From Verrucomicrobiota bacterium (GTDB taxonomy: Bacteria; Verrucomicrobiota; Verrucomicrobiia; Limisphaerales; AAA164-E04), in contig CP170459.1 of assembly GCA_047947115.1 (NCBI GenBank), positions 4,768,001 through 4,832,000 of the forward strand: a DNA stretch of 64,000 bases. The letters are read 5' to 3'. The position numbers and the translations under genes were made by a program. Below are positions 60,308 to 64,000 of the stretch, piece by piece; position 1 is the stretch's first letter, and each line of letters opens with the position of its first letter. The notes beneath the pieces are model-generated. The model worked only from the letters and a program-made list of their open reading frames with translations. It ran no database searches and was not told the origin of the DNA.

Positions 60308-60871
60308 ATGACACCTTCAGAGCAACAGCTTATTGACGAACTTAAGAGCATCAGTGATGTTCAAGAACGCATTGATTTGGTGGCTCAAGATTTCATTTCG
60401 GCCCAAAAAAGATTCTCCAAAATAGATTCGTGGCTGTTGGGTGAATTGCTGGGATTGGATTGGTATGATACAGCCGATTGGAGCCGCAGTTTCTGGGCTT
60501 TCCGGACGGAGATTGAGGGTGAAGGTTTTGATTTTCCATATGCAGAGAATGTTTCCCTTCTGAAAGGCAGGATACCCGCCAAACGATTTATTTTTTTGGT
60601 TTCAGAGTCTGAAAAAGTCATAGCTGGCAAGTCCGAAAACGATTTGGCTCTTACTGCTTCCGAGTTGACAATTTTGAAAGATGCCTACGCTGAAGATAAA
60701 GCCTCTGATAGTGATTTCATATTGGCCGGAACAAAGGTTGAGTCTTCTGATGGAGAGGAATTGTATTTTCAAGTATGTATCGGGGACGGTGGTGAGCCTT
60801 ATGATGCTTGTTCCCCCTATATGTTAGAAAATGGGGAAGGATGCGATCTGGAGGATTATGTTGAAATATAG
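60308..60871 (+). CDS. Acidic hypothetical protein embedded in the hsd operon
   Basis: 187 aa; 15 bp after hsdS and 9 bp before hsdR; no motif recognised. Confidence 0.75.
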   Translation: MTPSEQQLIDELKSISDVQERIDLVAQDFISAQKRFSKIDSWLLGELLGLDWYDTADWSRSFWAFRTEIEGEGFDFPYAENVSLLKGRIPAKRFIFLVSESEKVIAGKSENDLALTASELTILKDAYAEDKASDSDFILAGTKVESSDGEELYFQVCIGDGGEPYDACSPYMLENGEGCDLEDYVEI

Positions 60872-60880
60872 AACACTGGC

Positions 60881-63202
60881 ATGAACGAAGCCGAAACACG
60901 AGCAGAACTGATTGATCCTGCATTACGGGATGCAGGATGGGGTGTGGTTGCTGACAGTCGTGTTCGTCGTGAAGTCATTGCTCCCGGACGAATCCAGACG
61001 GGCGGAAAGCGTTCCCGATCTGATATTGCGGATTATGTTCTCACTTTCAGAGGACATAAGCTTGCCGTGATTGAGGCAAAGAAGCTTGGTTCACCTGTAA
61101 CGGAAGGCTTGGCTCAAGCAAAGCAATATTCTGAACTGTTACAGACTCGTTTCGCGTATTCCACCAACGGGGAACAAATCTATCGTGCCGATATGCAAAC
61201 AGGGCAGGAGGGGATTGTTGGGGAGTTTCCCTCTCCTGATGTTCTGTGGGGTGAGGTTTATGATCAGAATAATCTTTGGCGTGACAGGTTTTCCGCGATT
61301 CCCTTTGAAGACAAGAGTGGAACTTGGGAAGCGCGGTACTATCAGCATAATGCCATCAACAAGTGTCTGGAGGCCATTGCAGGAGGAAGACAACGTATTC
61401 TCCTCACTCTAGCGACAGGCACCGGCAAGACGTTCATTGCATTCCAGCTAGCTTGGAAACTTTTTCAAAGTAAGTGGAATCTGAGTGGCGAACCAACGAG
61501 AAGGCCACGAATCTTATTTTTGGCTGATAGGAATATATTGGCCAATCAAGCCTACCTTTCATTCGGTGCATTTGAGGAAGATGCCTTGATTCGTATCGCT
61601 CCAGATCAAATCCGCAAGAAGGGAACTGTTCCTAAGAATGGAAGTATCTTTTTTACCATTTTCCAGACCTTTATGAGTGGTCGGAGTGAAATTGGAGAGC
61701 CTACACCTTACTTTGGGGATTATCCAAGTGACTTTTTTGATTTTATCGTCATTGATGAGTGTCACAGAGGTGGAGCCAAGGACGAAAGCCAGTGGAGAGG
61801 CATTCTTGAATACTTTTCACCTGCAGTGCAACTGGGTTTAACCGCAACCCCGAAGCGTGAGAATAATGCCGACACTTACAGATACTTCGGGGAGCCCGTT
61901 TATACGTACTCTCTAAAGGAGGGAATCAATGACGGTTTTCTGACTCCATTCAGGGTAAAACAGATTTCTACCACCATTGATGATTACGTTTACACAGATG
62001 ATGACGAGATTGAAGATGGTGAAGTAGAAGCTGGAAAACGTTACATAGAGCCGGATTTCAACGTTTCCATTGAAATCAAACAGCGAGAAGCCAAACGAGT
62101 TCAGATCTTTTTGGATTCAGTTAACCAGAAGGAGAAGTCACTAGTTTTTTGTGCAACCCAAAATCATGCATTACTGGTACGTGATCTGATCAATCAACAG
62201 TCCACCAGTAAAGATCCTTACTATTGTGTGAGGGTAACCGCAGGAGATGGAGCACTGGGCGAACAGAAATTAAGAGAGTTTCAGGATAACGAGAAAACCA
62301 TTCCGACGGTTCTAACAACATCACGTAAACTCTCCACTGGCGTTGATGCCAAGAATGTAAGGCATATCGTCTTGTTGCGCCCCATCAAATCCATGATTGA
62401 GTTCAAACAGATCATAGGAAGAGGGACACGAACCTTTGAGGGGAAGGATTATTTCACCATTCACGACTTTGTGAAGGCATATGAACATTTTGCCGACGAT
62501 GAATGGGATGGTGAACCAATTGAACCAGAGCCTACAGTTAAAAGGCCTAAACCTGAACCGGGAGAACCTTCCCCAAAAGGTCCTTTACCGCCGGAATCAC
62601 CTCTGGAGAGGCCACGAATGTTGAAAATCACCTTGGCGGATGGGAAAGAACGTCAGATCCAGCATATGACCCACACGACCTTTTGGCATCCGGATGGAAC
62701 ACCCATTTCCGCAGGGCAATTTGTGAAGAATCTATTTGGCGATCTCCCTGCATTTTTCGGTGACGAAGCACAATTACGGGAAATTTGGAGTCAGCCTGAT
62801 ACAAGGCGTAAGCTTTTGGAGAGTCTTTCTGAACGAGGATACCCAGAAGATCAGTTGGAGGAAGCCAAGAAAATTATAGGAGCCGATCAGAGTGATGTAT
62901 TTGATGTTTTGGCTTACATTGCTTTCTCATTGGCTCCGGAATCACGTGAAGAGAGGGTTGACCAGCATCGTGATTTGATTTTCTCGTACTATAACGACAA
63001 GCAACAAGCATTTCTGGATTTTGTCCTGAGTCATTATGTCCGGGCAGGATTCAGTCAATTGGAACCTTCAAAATTACGGAGTCTGTTAGAATTGAAATAC
63101 GGAAGTATCCACGATGCTGTTCAAGAATTAGGCGGTCCGAATGAGATTGGAGACGTATTCTGCGGGTTTCAGAAGTACCTGTATGCAAAGTTGGAGGCTT
63201 AA
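60881..63202 (+). CDS. hsdR: Type I restriction subunit (EcoEI/EcoAI-like)
   Basis: EAETR..ID, ADY...IEAK nuclease motif, ATGTGKT, DECHRG, LTATP, QIIGRGTR. Confidence 0.95.
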   Translation: MNEAETRAELIDPALRDAGWGVVADSRVRREVIAPGRIQTGGKRSRSDIADYVLTFRGHKLAVIEAKKLGSPVTEGLAQAKQYSELLQTRFAYSTNGEQIYRADMQTGQEGIVGEFPSPDVLWGEVYDQNNLWRDRFSAIPFEDKSGTWEARYYQHNAINKCLEAIAGGRQRILLTLATGTGKTFIAFQLAWKLFQSKWNLSGEPTRRPRILFLADRNILANQAYLSFGAFEEDALIRIAPDQIRKKGTVPKNGSIFFTIFQTFMSGRSEIGEPTPYFGDYPSDFFDFIVIDECHRGGAKDESQWRGILEYFSPAVQLGLTATPKRENNADTYRYFGEPVYTYSLKEGINDGFLTPFRVKQISTTIDDYVYTDDDEIEDGEVEAGKRYIEPDFNVSIEIKQREAKRVQIFLDSVNQKEKSLVFCATQNHALLVRDLINQQSTSKDPYYCVRVTAGDGALGEQKLREFQDNEKTIPTVLTTSRKLSTGVDAKNVRHIVLLRPIKSMIEFKQIIGRGTRTFEGKDYFTIHDFVKAYEHFADDEWDGEPIEPEPTVKRPKPEPGEPSPKGPLPPESPLERPRMLKITLADGKERQIQHMTHTTFWHPDGTPISAGQFVKNLFGDLPAFFGDEAQLREIWSQPDTRRKLLESLSERGYPEDQLEEAKKIIGADQSDVFDVLAYIAFSLAPESREERVDQHRDLIFSYYNDKQQAFLDFVLSHYVRAGFSQLEPSKLRSLLELKYGSIHDAVQELGGPNEIGDVFCGFQKYLYAKLEA

Positions 63203-63272
63203 TGATGATGGATCAAAAACAATCACAAGGGAGTTCAAACCAAAGAACAAATTAGTCCACCAAATAAGTGCC

Positions 63273-63467
63273 ATGAGGAATAATCTTAACATTTTGATTG
63301 TAATCTTCGTCAGTTTTTGTCCGTTCCAAATCTTCGGGCAACCCAATTGGATCAATGAAGGTTTAGTAGCCTACCTCCCATTCAATCAAACTTATTCAAC
63401 TGTGGGCGCTTTAAATCGAGCCTGTCCGATATGGTCTGAAATTTCAAATTATTTCCTGACGGGATAA
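63273..63467 (+). pseudogene. 5' remnant of another LamG-family surface protein gene
   Basis: Signal peptide followed by QPNWINEGLVAYLPFN, the same start as the genes at 42802 and 48787; then a premature end. Confidence 0.7.
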
Positions 63468-63749
63468 AAATCCATTTCGATGCTGTCATCAGATTTCAGG
63501 TTTTAGCCACTATGGCATTGGTTTCTTCGGTTTTTCTCTGTTTTTCACTATAGAAGAACACCCTACCCAATATTTCAAAGTTCGTTGAACACTTGCTTGC
63601 AATGTAGAGAGGGGGGACAACTTCGCGAGTATCCGATGGAGATTTGATCAGATGTTTAGTTGTGTCGTAATTTGATATGGGGCCACCCCGAAACTTATTT
63701 ATTTTAAATACAACACCATTTCTGTTTAAAAATAGCGAAAAAGATCAAT

Positions 63750-63786
63750 AAAAGCCCAATAAATGCAGGTTTTATCGGGCTTTTTT
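63750..63786. terminator. Hairpin flanked by A/T runs, possible bidirectional terminator
   Basis: AAAAGCCC-A-ATAAA...TTTAT-C-GGGCTTTT. Confidence 0.45.
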
Positions 63787-64000
63787 CAATTTAAACAAAA
63801 ACACTATCAGTAATTTTCAATTATTCTGAATGGTTTTTATCGATGAACTGATTGGTTTTGTTGGTATTTTGTTTTGTTTTGGTATCAAAAAAAATGATTA
63901 TCCGTAATTAGCTCAAAAAGGATCACTGCCAACCAAATCTGTCCAAAACAGTTTCATATCTCAACGAATGAAGTACGCCAGCTTTGTAAAAGCGGCTGTT

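Larger units (their letters stand above)
27597..64000. mobile_element. comM-integrated genomic island; right end not in the window
   Basis: Truncated comM abuts a large serine recombinase. GC drops abruptly. Cargo includes CRISPR-Cas9, R-M, a nuclease and surface proteins. The comM 3' half was not seen in the window. Confidence 0.88.

Noticed and set aside
1..64000. tRNA or rRNA genes
   Set aside because: None recognised by eye; a tRNAscan/Infernal run would be needed to exclude them.

Overview
The window has two parts. Bases 1 to ~27,595 are GC-rich chromosomal backbone of a PVC-superphylum bacterium, most likely Verrucomicrobiota; this is inferred from the PVC-type heme-c proteins, the ECF sigma/Ser-Thr kinase pair and the sulfatase. 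The backbone holds a decaying ECF/kinase-WD40/sulfatase patch with a VapBC module, arfB, an SPFH operon, tctA, a D-amino-acid aminotransferase, hflKC, aroQ, aroE, a prepilin peptidase and the 5' part of comM. At ~27,596 comM is cut just before its Walker A motif. A visibly AT-richer genomic island starts there and runs past the right edge. It encodes a large serine recombinase, a small serine resolvase with a candidate crossover site, and a complete compact type II-C CRISPR-Cas9 locus (tracrRNA, 995-aa Cas9, cas1, cas2, 9 repeats/8 spacers). It also encodes a secreted thermonuclease, a DUF2130 protein, an IS5 remnant and a type I R-M system with an unknown gene between hsdS and hsdR. A cluster of Ig/LamG/C-lectin/LRR surface proteins shares duplicated C-terminal cassettes and a common C-terminal motif. 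The most notable observations are the comM-disrupting defence island, the modular surface-protein family with a candidate sorting signal, and a CRISPR array whose last repeat runs directly into a 5'-truncated wHTH-like gene. Everything was read by eye; no database searches were run.
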